A stretch of 30,790 nucleotides of DNA, from the IMG/VR virus record IMGVR_UViG_3300043137_000081, positions 1-30,790 of that record; one strand, written 5' to 3'. This document shows positions 8,649 to 18,900 of this stretch, piece by piece. The position numbers were made by a program, and so were the translations under genes. Each line of letters opens with the position of its first letter. Position 1 is the first letter of the stretch. Source of the DNA: a virus (taxonomy: Duplodnaviria; Caudoviricetes). The notes beneath the pieces are model-generated. The model made no database searches. It saw only the letters and a program-made list of their open reading frames with translations, and was not told the origin of the DNA.

Positions 8649-10885
8649 GTAACAGCAATCCCTTGTCTAGTTAGAGCAGATTTAAGCGTATCAAAAGCAG
8701 TTTGTAGTACTACGGTATTTGGGTCAAAAAATTCAATTATGGCATACCCATTAGTGCCCTTGGCACCAATTGTACCATTATTACTCATTTGAGAGCCTTG
8801 ATAAGTGGTAAAATAAAAATTACCTCCACCACCACCGCCAGCCCCATATCCGCTACCAACCAAAGCCCTATAACCTGTTGCAGCAGAGCCCCCTAAGCCT
8901 CCAGTACCAAATCTAGAATTTCCCCCCTTTCCACCAGGGGCACCATAGCCACCACCACCGCTATCATCAGGCTCCCAGTAGTATAGTCCACCTGCTGTTG
9001 CATAGGAGTTACCAGCAGCTCCTTCATGTAGTCCGCCTGCTTGATTTGCTGGACCAGAACTGGACCCATAACCACCTCCTGGTGCAGATAGCACAACTGC
9101 AGTGCCTTGACGTAGTTGAGTAGGCTCTCCGTCTGTCCCTGACCCGCCATATGCATATACACCATCTGCAGGTGTACCTGCATTACCGCCTATACCTATT
9201 ACTACGTTAAATGTTGTTCCAACAGTTAAACCTGAGTATAGTTGTATTACCATACCACCGCCGCCGCCGCCGCCGCCAGTAGTAGGCCAAGTATACCTAT
9301 TATCGCCGCCCCCTCCGCCGCCACCAGCTCCTATTAAGGTAACACGCATACTAGTCTTTCCACTAGGTACAGTAAATGAAGCGTTTGAAGTGTAAGTATA
9401 AGATATTCCTGCAAAAGTACTTAAGTCAAGCACTCCAGCACGTAGCGTACCTGCAAATTCACCTGTTGCACCACTTAAAGCGCCTGTAAAAGTACCTGTA
9501 GCCGCATTTAATTCTCCCGCAAATACGGTTCCAGCAGTTAAAGTACCTGAAGTAAGTACTCCAGCGTTTAAGCTAATAGCAGATAAGCTACCTACCTTTA
9601 AGTTACTTAGGTAAGGGTTACCCCAGGCTATATTACCTCCGGTAGCTAATATACCATCAGACTGGTACATATACTGGCCAGAGCTTAGAGTACTAGTAGA
9701 ACTAAAACTCCAACCTGTAGGGGCTGCATCGCCGGATACTGCGGTAGGTGTAGCAGGAGGGGTTGAACTAGTTGTAACTATGTAAGCTACACGAGCTGAG
9801 TTACCTTGTGGACCTATAGAACCGTCTAATCTGTATCCAATTGTATTGGTTACTGCGGCGCTCCAGTTTAAAGTATTGGTTAGAGCAGTTCCTGTTAAAT
9901 CGGTAACTAGTAAATTAAGTTGATATAGTACTCGTCCAATGCTTGTTGCAGTAGGTGCTGTTGCCGTATCAGACCAGCCGGCAGGGCGTGCAGAGACACT
10001 TTTATCAGCCCAAGTATATGTTACATCAGCTGCAAAACTTCCTATAGCAGTACCTGCTTCTATCCATTTATAAGCACTTATAGTAACAGATCTCTGTCCT
10101 GGATTACCTTGAATGCCTGGATCGCCTTTAACACCATTTGTAACTTTTGTATAGGTTATCTTTTTAGCAATAGTTGGAGAAGTTATAACACCTGATGCAT
10201 CATACACAGTTACTACAAACACTACTGTAGCAATATCAAGAGCAATATTTGTAATACCACTGATACTATAAGTATTTCCGCTTCCAGTTACTGTACCCAC
10301 AGTTCTTGATGTATTATCTGCTTGAATAGCTACTTTAAAGGTATTCGCAACACCCCCATTAGCATTATACGCAAGAGCTACTCCTCCACGAGACACGCTA
10401 ATAGCAGTATCCGTATCAGAATAACCTGTTGGAGTTCCGTCAGAAGTACAAGGTATTACTGCGTTAGTTCTACTAATATCAACTACGATAGGTTCAGAAG
10501 CTTCTTTACTGTATAGTACTGTAAAGAAACCATAGGACGTATCTAGTAAATTCTCAGTAACTGTGCATCTATACTGTATTTGTGTAGAGCTACCAATAAT
10601 AGCTAATAACCCTGTTTTAGTAATAGTTTGAGTTTTTCCAGTACCTAATAGTACCCAGGTTGTTGAAGTAGCACTTAAAGCATAGTGCCACGTATACACA
10701 GCAGACTCGGTATATACATTATTAGGTGTTGCCGTTAAAAGGATATTTTCAGGCAAAGTTGCTCCACCATTTTTTGCAGTTAAGAATGCGCCCGCATCTG
10801 CTGTAACTGTAACTAAGGTATTTTTTGATCTATAGGTAGAAGCTTGTAATACAAGGTCTCTATCATTTAAAATTGGTGCTGCCAT
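8645..10885 (-). CDS. Tail fibre/spike with Ig-like repeats, short collagen segments and a C-terminal glycine-rich domain (746 aa)
   Basis: GVKGDPGIQGNPG; LKVGSLSAISLNAG trimer-type motif; FTVPSGKTSMRVTLIGAGGGGGGG...GYAIIEF; followed by a chaperone gene. Confidence 0.8.
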   Translation of the reverse strand: MAAPILNDRDLVLQASTYRSKNTLVTVTADAGAFLTAKNGGATLPENILLTATPNNVYTESAVYTWHYALSATSTTWVLLGTGKTQTITKTGLLAIIGSSTQIQYRCTVTENLLDTSYGFFTVLYSKEASEPIVVDISRTNAVIPCTSDGTPTGYSDTDTAISVSRGGVALAYNANGGVANTFKVAIQADNTSRTVGTVTGSGNTYSISGITNIALDIATVVFVVTVYDASGVITSPTIAKKITYTKVTNGVKGDPGIQGNPGQRSVTISAYKWIEAGTAIGSFAADVTYTWADKSVSARPAGWSDTATAPTATSIGRVLYQLNLLVTDLTGTALTNTLNWSAAVTNTIGYRLDGSIGPQGNSARVAYIVTTSSTPPATPTAVSGDAAPTGWSFSSTSTLSSGQYMYQSDGILATGGNIAWGNPYLSNLKVGSLSAISLNAGVLTSGTLTAGTVFAGELNAATGTFTGALSGATGEFAGTLRAGVLDLSTFAGISYTYTSNASFTVPSGKTSMRVTLIGAGGGGGGGDNRYTWPTTGGGGGGGGMVIQLYSGLTVGTTFNVVIGIGGNAGTPADGVYAYGGSGTDGEPTQLRQGTAVVLSAPGGGYGSSSGPANQAGGLHEGAAGNSYATAGGLYYWEPDDSGGGGYGAPGGKGGNSRFGTGGLGGSAATGYRALVGSGYGAGGGGGGNFYFTTYQGSQMSNNGTIGAKGTNGYAIIEFFDPNTVVLQTAFDTLKSALTRQGIAVT

Positions 10886-12816
10886 TAAATTATTACCTCT
10901 ACATTAATAGTACCTGCCATCCAATTAGGGCTCAAAGATACTACTTGTCCTAGCTTACCAGAAGATAACCCAAACCTATTATGAGTTAAATTAACTTGTT
11001 GACCTAACTTTAAGGACAGAAGCTTAGAGGTACCTGTAAAGCTATATACTATCCTTGGTACTTTGAAATAGTTATTTAAAGTGGTGGCAAAAGCTATTGC
11101 TTCTGTACCTTTAATTAAACAAGTATCTATCTGCACTGGTGTCGTGTCTAATTTATATGCGGTTTGTATAGCAGTATCTACAATTGTAGTAGAATACCAA
11201 TCCTCATTAAACATAGTATTATGCGCTGCAGGTAAACTATTAGCTAAAGATGTTTGTGTAGTGTAGTTTTTACAGTACCCTACTTTTGTTGCTGCAACTA
11301 CCTCAGTTTTATTAGATATATGTAGACTATGATGTAAAATATCCACATCAGTTATATATACAGTCGCATCTCCAGTTACGGAACCTAACTTAAGTAGTTG
11401 AAGTTGCCCCAACCTATTCATAAATATTTGAGCGCCAACACTAGAAGCCAGCTGTTGACATGCTATAAGTACGTTGGTTCTATCTAATATAGGCAATCCA
11501 ACGGCTTGTGTATTATTTGTGGCGAAGTTACTTAAGTTAGTTAAATCTAACTCAGCTGCAGTTAAACTAGTTGTACTAGTACCATACTGAGTAACTATTA
11601 GACATATTAGATTTGCTATGTTATTAACATAAGTACCTGGCACAAGTGCACCAGTATTCATATTAATAGATTTAGCTATCCCCTGTATGGAAGCTGTTAT
11701 TGTTCCCACAGGTGGCTTAGTTAAAGCAAAAGTACCTTTGGTTAAATTAATAGTAGCTCCGCTAGGCGCTGCTATATTATTATTACCATATATAGTACTA
11801 TTTGTATAAATAGGTACACCATTATCTCTAATCTCTATAACTAATTCGGTAGTACCACTACTATCTACAGTTTCTGCTGTCACATAATTAGTAGTACCGC
11901 TGGTAACTACTAATGTTGCATTACTTAATGTAAGTGTTGGGCCATCAATAATAGAGGACACAGTAAATGTAGTAGAAGAATTAATTGATTTAATATAGTA
12001 AGTAGCTACATTTAATAAACCGCCAAAGTCGCTTCCAAAATAAGTACTATATGCAGTGTCTGAAAAAGCAAAAGTTATAGGATTATTAACTTTAAAACCG
12101 GCAGTACTTGTACAAGTAATTATATTACCTACAGCTGAGGTAGACTGTATATTTGTAACTGTAGTAATTGTACCCTGATTAAACATGTACTCTAATTTAG
12201 AGGGGTCTACTAGTAGAGGAGTAATATTACTAACTTCTCCAAATATAAGCGGTCTAATCGAATCTTGATTAGTCTGTCCACCGCCCCAAGTACCGTACGT
12301 ACCTAGCTTATTGTCTGTTAACGGTACATTAAGCCTTTCTAGCTTATCACGTACCTTAATATTTAGTGTCTCTCGCGAGCTAGAGTCTATATCAGCTATA
12401 ACTCCATCAAATATTTTTTGAAATCCTGAAGTTGCTGTATCATGTACAGCGGCTAGATTAGCCAAACCCCATCTAGGATCACCTAAATATATCTGTATAG
12501 GTCTATTAACCCATATAAACTTGGTACTATCTAACCAACTATCTAATTCTCCGTTCGGATTCATTAATCCAATATCACCAAAAGACATGGATAGCTTACC
12601 ATCTATAGATAAAGTTTCCGTGGTCTGTAACGCCCCACTTAAGCAAGGTATATAACTAGTTTGTGAATCTGTAGTTATATATCCAATATTAGATAAATAA
12701 AATACTACTTCACCCCCTACAGTGCCATAAGTTCCTAATACGTCTTTTGCGGTTACTTCTACTAATATGCCACGTATACTGGTAGGATCTTCAAGCCAAG
12801 CCTGAGTGTAGTTCAT
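10885..12816 (-). CDS. Tail tip / baseplate hub-like protein (643 aa)
   Basis: First gene after the tape measure; AGGAG RBS; motifs RPLIFGEVSNITPLLVD, EIRDNGVP, LKLGQQVNLTHNRFGL (hub-type C-terminus). Confidence 0.65.
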   Translation of the reverse strand: MNYTQAWLEDPTSIRGILVEVTAKDVLGTYGTVGGEVVFYLSNIGYITTDSQTSYIPCLSGALQTTETLSIDGKLSMSFGDIGLMNPNGELDSWLDSTKFIWVNRPIQIYLGDPRWGLANLAAVHDTATSGFQKIFDGVIADIDSSSRETLNIKVRDKLERLNVPLTDNKLGTYGTWGGGQTNQDSIRPLIFGEVSNITPLLVDPSKLEYMFNQGTITTVTNIQSTSAVGNIITCTSTAGFKVNNPITFAFSDTAYSTYFGSDFGGLLNVATYYIKSINSSTTFTVSSIIDGPTLTLSNATLVVTSGTTNYVTAETVDSSGTTELVIEIRDNGVPIYTNSTIYGNNNIAAPSGATINLTKGTFALTKPPVGTITASIQGIAKSINMNTGALVPGTYVNNIANLICLIVTQYGTSTTSLTAAELDLTNLSNFATNNTQAVGLPILDRTNVLIACQQLASSVGAQIFMNRLGQLQLLKLGSVTGDATVYITDVDILHHSLHISNKTEVVAATKVGYCKNYTTQTSLANSLPAAHNTMFNEDWYSTTIVDTAIQTAYKLDTTPVQIDTCLIKGTEAIAFATTLNNYFKVPRIVYSFTGTSKLLSLKLGQQVNLTHNRFGLSSGKLGQVVSLSPNWMAGTINVEVII

Positions 12817-12841
12817 AGGTTCTCCTAATTCATTTTACCCT

Positions 12842-12870
12842 ATTATACTCGTTTAGGTAAATTTAGTCAA
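12842..12870 (-). promoter_or_regulatory. sigma70 promoter with AT-rich upstream element
   Basis: AAAATTTATGC-TTGACT (12870-12865), 17-nt spacer, TATAAT (12847-12842). Confidence 0.85.
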
Positions 12871-12890
12871 GCATAAATTTTATTTGGCAT

Positions 12891-12918
12891 AAAAAAGCCC
12901 CAGACTGGCTGGGGCTTT
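12891..12918 (-). terminator. Rho-independent terminator
   Basis: AAAGCCCCAG-CCAGT-CTGGGGCTTTTTT directly after the tape measure stop. Confidence 0.9.
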
Positions 12919-12920
12919 GT

Positions 12921-15900
12921 TTACGCTATTTTAACTTGTGAACGGGTATTCCATTCTTGTTGTTTGAAAGCATCTTCCGTTGCTGTACTAACAGCATTGG
13001 CATTCTTTATATTTGCATCGTAGTTTGTTGCTATTAAGTGTCCTGTTTGTTCTTTCTGATCTGAACGTAACTGAGATACTTCTTGTCTTAAAGCTTTAAT
13101 CTCGGCTACTAATTCCTTAGTATTGAATAAGTCGTTACTTGCTGCATTAGAGTATACACGCCCAGGGTTTGTAAAGTCCACAAGTTCTGGCCCTTTTTCA
13201 CCTACTAGCGATATACCTTTAGCTAAACCTCCTCTAGCATGTCCGGGTATTGTTATACCTGCGGCTATTGAACCAGAAGTAACTGCATCGCTTTGAGCAC
13301 CTGTAGTAGTTTCTTGAGCTTTTAAGTATTTAGCTAGTAGCTCTGCAGTAGTTTGCGTTGCCTCTGAGGTTATTTTTAAGTAGTCTAATTGTTGTTGAGT
13401 TTCTATTTGTTGTGTGGATAGTAGTCCTGTAGTACTATCTAATAAGTCTGTAATTGTACTAAAGTCCGCAGCATACTGAGAACCACTAGCGTACATTTCT
13501 CTAGAACTAGCTAGGAAAATATCGGATACTGAACTTATTTTATCTACTGCAGCATTTCTGGTAGCTATTTCTGCTGCAGAGCTTGAGGCAGTAATTGCCA
13601 CTTGAGCCTGTGCTGAAGTTTCTAGTAAATTGGACTTAGCTTGAGCGTACTTTTCAGCAGGAGTTAATGTTGAAACAGCTCCAGCAGTTAATGCAGCTTT
13701 ATAGTTTTGTAGTGTTTTAATAGAACTAGTTAAAGTACTATTAGTACTAGTATAAGCTGCTTGAAGTTTATCGCGTAAAGCTATCTCATCAGTTAAAGCA
13801 TTGATATATTTTTGACGAGGTCTTAATAACTCATCCATTGCTTCTAGCTCTCTACTTCTAGACATTGCTAAAGCTTCGGAACTTTTACCAAGTAACTCAT
13901 ATATTTTCTGTTCTAGGTCTAATGACTTACCGCTAGATGCTGTAACTTCTTCCATTGCACTACTTAAAGCTATTAGTTTAGCATATGTAATGGCACTTTC
14001 TGCATTAGTTACTTTAAATCCTAGCACTAGGTCTTTAAATGTTTCCTTGGTTTTTACTCCATAAAACCCTAAAGATTCAAGTTCCTTGGTTAGAGCAGCT
14101 TGTTTAGGGGCCAGTCTTTCAGCTTCAGTTAAGAAGTTATCTGCAAAAGTCTTTGTATTATCAATAAAGCTGCTTAAACCACCAGCAGCAGTTATCATAG
14201 CATCCGAGAATGCAATACCTGATAAACCGGTACCAATAGAGGCACGCCCTACACTGGTCATAGCTAGATTAACTTTATCCATGCCATCAACAACACGCAT
14301 TGTTGTTTCTAACATACCTTCACCGAACTTATTGTAGCTTTCTAAAGAAACAAACAGTGTAGAAGATGCAGTATCTAACATTGAACTAAGTATGCTATTT
14401 AAAGCTTCATCAAGTTCCTTACCTTTTAGACCTCTTAAAGAAGCTAGAGTAGTTACGTCTACTTGCGCTAATTTATCCATTACCTCACGACTAGTCATAC
14501 CAAGTTTTTCGCCTGCGGTAATCATTAAATTACCTGCATTGTTAAATACAGCTTGAAGAGATTTCTGAATTTTAGGATCGAGATCGCCTAGTTGTTGACT
14601 TAGGGCTTGGCTAGTACTGCTCATCCATAGGAAGCTGCTAGTGCTAGTTGTTAGAACATCTTCATAAGTTTTTAGTGAACCTACTACGCCATTCATCATA
14701 TCAGCAAAAGTGCCTGTTATTTTTAACCCGGCATCTGTGATCTGTTTAGTACTGCTACTACCAAATAATCCGCCTAAAATATTAAAACCAGACTCGCCTT
14801 CCTTGGTACCAAACTGACTCCCACTACGTAAACCTACAACACCATAAACACCTTTAGCTACACCACTAATACCGTCTCTAACTTGTGATAGTAGTTCTAC
14901 CATTTTATTAGAGTAAGATAAACCTTCAACTGTAGTAGCATTAAGTATATCTAATGAGTTAACGATTGATTGCGATTTAGCTTCTGTATCTCCAGATACT
15001 GTACCGGTACCTTGAGCAGTTTGGCGTTCTGCTGAAGTTTTTCCTGTCATGTCTACGGAGCCGCCGCCGCTAAAACCGCCTCCAACAAATGCAGCTATTG
15101 CAGCTGCTGCAATTGGTGGTCCAAATGGCCCCAGTGCAGCCATAAAGCTAGCATATATAGCAGGTATATTAATACCTATGCTTTCTAACGCCGAAGAAGC
15201 TTGCATAGCCAAGTCTTTTGCGTAACCTTCTGCTTTAGCTGCTTGTTCTTCTGTTAATAATCCCATTTTAATAGAAGACTGTTTTAATTCTCCTGCTAAA
15301 CTTTGCGCCGAAGCTACCTTTTGCATGCCTGTTATGATTTTAAAAGCTGCAGTTTGTTCACCAAATATCTTCTTAGTAGAACTAAGTATATTTGCATCAT
15401 TTTTTAATTTATCTTTTGCGTGCTTTTCATCTAGCTTCATTAGAGCTGTAGTTGCTTCTTTTCTTTTTTCGCTATCTTCAGGGGTTTTATCTCGCGCATC
15501 TTCTAATGCCTTTTTGTCCTGCAAATACTTAGTATCTTGCTGTGCCATAGATAATATTGCTTCGCCAGCTTTACCAATATTTGTCCCTAATTCTCCAAAA
15601 GCAGAAGTAAGACTATCAGTAATATTTACCATTTTGTCCATGGATACAGCTTGTTCAGCTAGTAGTATTTTTTGTGCTTGAGTTAAAGTTATTGCTAGTT
15701 TTCTAGAAGTATTGCCTGCATCCATTACTGTTAAATGAGAACGCTCTTCGTCAGTGCCTCGTTTCTGGGCAGCATTTATATCTGCTAAAGAGGCTAGAGC
15801 TACTTGGTTAGAAGCTTTAGCAGCAGCTATTTGCTGTTCAGAACCTGTACCTGAGTTTATAAGAGCATTGTTAGAAGCTATTTTATCATTGAAAGCTTTT

Positions 15901-18900
15901 TGTTGATCATTAAGTACGCCCATACTTATTGCTTGATCTTTTAAATAGTTAGATCTTTCTTCTGTATATTTACGATCTTCTGCAGCAAGTTTTAACCTAT
16001 CAGATTGTTTTATGTAATCAGCTTCACTAATCGCACCTATTTCTTTTAGATTTGATAATCTAGCTTCGTCATCAGTATCACTAATAGATTTTAACTCTAG
16101 AGTATTTGCTCTTAATATACGTTGGTGATCTTCTTCTATCTTAGCAATTGCAGCTTCACCAGTTTTACGCGCTTGATAATATTTATTAATTATCTGCGCT
16201 CTTTCCGACTCAATTTTGTTTAAATTGGTAGCCCTATCAGCGGCAACTGTAGTTAGAGCTATATTTGCAGCGTTCGCGCGCAACTGCTCCTCATTAGACC
16301 TTCCAATATTATCAGATGTTCTTGAAGTAACAGAAGCTAAAGCCTCTTTTGCCCCAATTTCTTTAATATCCAAAGATATGCTTTCTTGTTTGGCTTTATT
16401 ATCTAGTATATGTAAGTCATTTATTTGACTAGCTGTTTCTAAGGTACTATTATAAGTACCTAATAATGTTTTACTATTTGCTAAATCCGTGGAAGTTATT
16501 TGTAACCCTACGCCTTCACGCTGTACACCTTGTAATTCTCGTGTTTTTGCCTCAGTTTTTAAACCTACAGTTTTAGTAATATCAATACTTTTAAGCTGTT
16601 GAACAAGTCCTGCTAACTGCGAATCCTTACCAAAAGATAGATTAATAGACTCCTTTAAAAGTTTAATACCTGCTACAGCTTCTGGAGGTAGATAGTTAGG
16701 TATACCTACTGTACCTCTACCACCACCTGTAACCATAGTTGCCTGGCTTGCTGCCTGTCCCGCTAAACCTCTTAGTTCTCTTGAGGAACCTGGTTCTGAG
16801 GAGTCTATCTTTCTTCTAGCAAATTGTACAGCAGCTAGTTCGCCCAATACTTTTGCATATACTAATGGGTCTCTAGTTTTTGTATCTGTTTCAAGTAACT
16901 TCTTTTCTTCTATTAAAGACAGCTCCCTAACTTTTAAGCCTAGGTCAATTATTGCATTTGTGTTAGCGTACCTAGCTTCAATATCAGCAATCTGTATTTT
17001 TACTTGTCTTGTAGCTACATCTGCTTCTAGTGCTGCAGTAGGTCCACCTGAAGATTTAATTAAATCAATATAACTTCTTGCTGAAGCTATAGCTGCTTCA
17101 GACAAGGCTTTAGCTAGACCTTTTCCTAGCATATCAAAACTTACTTTTGCCATTTCTGCAGCTATATTACCATACTTAGTAACTTCAATATCTGAAGCTT
17201 GTCTAGCTAATGATAATCTTTTTCTTACTTCTGCAGTTCTTTGCTGTGCCTTTTCTAATGCTAAAGTTTCTGCTGCACTGAATTCAGCTACCTGTTCCGT
17301 TTGTACCGCATAACCATCAGCGATACTTGCACTATTACTTTCGTATACTAAAGCTACATTGGCAAGTGCTTTAGATTCTTCAGCTAAGGCTAATGTTAGA
17401 TCTTTAGCGGCCACGGCTTGGGCTTTTGCCAAACTATCTAAATTATTTTTAGCTGAAATTAGTTGGTCTTGTACATTGGCGGGCAGTAGGGATAAAGTTT
17501 TTGTATCCTTAGCTAAATCCCTAAGTGCAGTTAATGCAGTGATAGGGTCCTGTAAAGACTCGGTTAATTTAGTAGCACCTTTTTGTAACTCTATACCCAG
17601 TTTACTAAAATCATCAGTAGGTGTTAAAGCATTGCTTAAACTAGTGCTTTGTTTATCTATATCTGCTAAAGCATTTTTAAATCCTGTTAGGGACTCTGCA
17701 GCATTATTAGAGTTTCTACTAATATCGGTTAATAGTTTGCTTATATCTTTGGCTTTACTAGCTACAATGGTCTTATCGAGATTAGCTATAGACTGTTCAA
17801 ACCCTTTAACACTGTTTACATCTATAGGCTGCCCAAAAATCTTATTTAAAGCATCTCTTGCTTTATTCTTAGCAGGACCTTCATCTAACATTTTGAAACT
17901 ATCAATTACAGATCCAGATACGCTATCTATCAACTTATCTTTAGAACTTTTACCAACAACTCCCCAGATACCATCCCAAAACTTATCCCATGGTCCTTGA
18001 GCTTCTTGAACTTTGTTGAACTTAAGAATAACGTTATCTAATGAGCCGGTAAGTTCGCCCAATGCCGTAGCTTTAGCCTGAATAGACTCTACACTAAAGT
18101 AGCTCAGAGGGTCTTTAGTATTAATCGCGTCTAGAGTTCTTCTTGTGTTATCAAAGGAATCATTTAAATTAGATAATGCATTTTTGTACTCTTCAGTTTG
18201 TTTTGCACTTTTACTAAATATTGAATCTAATATTTCGAATGCAGCTATTGCCACACCTATCCACATAGCAAAACCTTGCAGAGCCGACATTAGATTAGTA
18301 GCCATAGCACTAGCTATAGCAAAAGTACCTGCTACTCTAGTTAAACCATTAGCTAATAATCCTGTGGCTTTTACAGGAGTACCGTCTGAGAGTACTTGTA
18401 GTCCTGCCTTACTTTGAGCTATCTCATTATTTAGCATTTTCCAAGCCGCTTTTGTGCCTGATATTGCTGCAGTTTCTGAGGTTATAGATAAGATTTGTCT
18501 TTTTGAAGCATTGCTGGTGGCCTTATCTAAGTTTTGTGCCATTATAGTACTATGGGCAAATCTTCTCTTATCGGCGTCTTCTCTGGCTTCTGAAGCTGCT
18601 GTACCTTTAGCTTCGCTTTCTGCTCTTAGTCTATCCCCTTCAGCAAGACTCTTCTCTAATATTTTTCCTTGAGTTTTATAAGTAGCTTTATCAGATTCTA
18701 ACAAGCTTAATGAGCGTGCCTTAATTGCGGCAATATCTGCAGGAGTTTGTTCAAATATGCTCTTACGAGTTAAATCTTGCACATCTCTACCTACGATTTG
18801 TACGTTAGTACGCGTCTTTTTTAACTTATCTACTCTTTCTACTGTTTTTACTTCTCTCTGAAAGCTCTTTTCTGCTATATCAGCTGCTTCTGCATCACCT

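Noticed and set aside
3785-9183. Alternative-frame minus ORFs 3785-4027 and 8893-9183
   Set aside because: Nested in Gly-rich coding regions where stops are rare; Val-rich frame-shifted reading with no RBS support.
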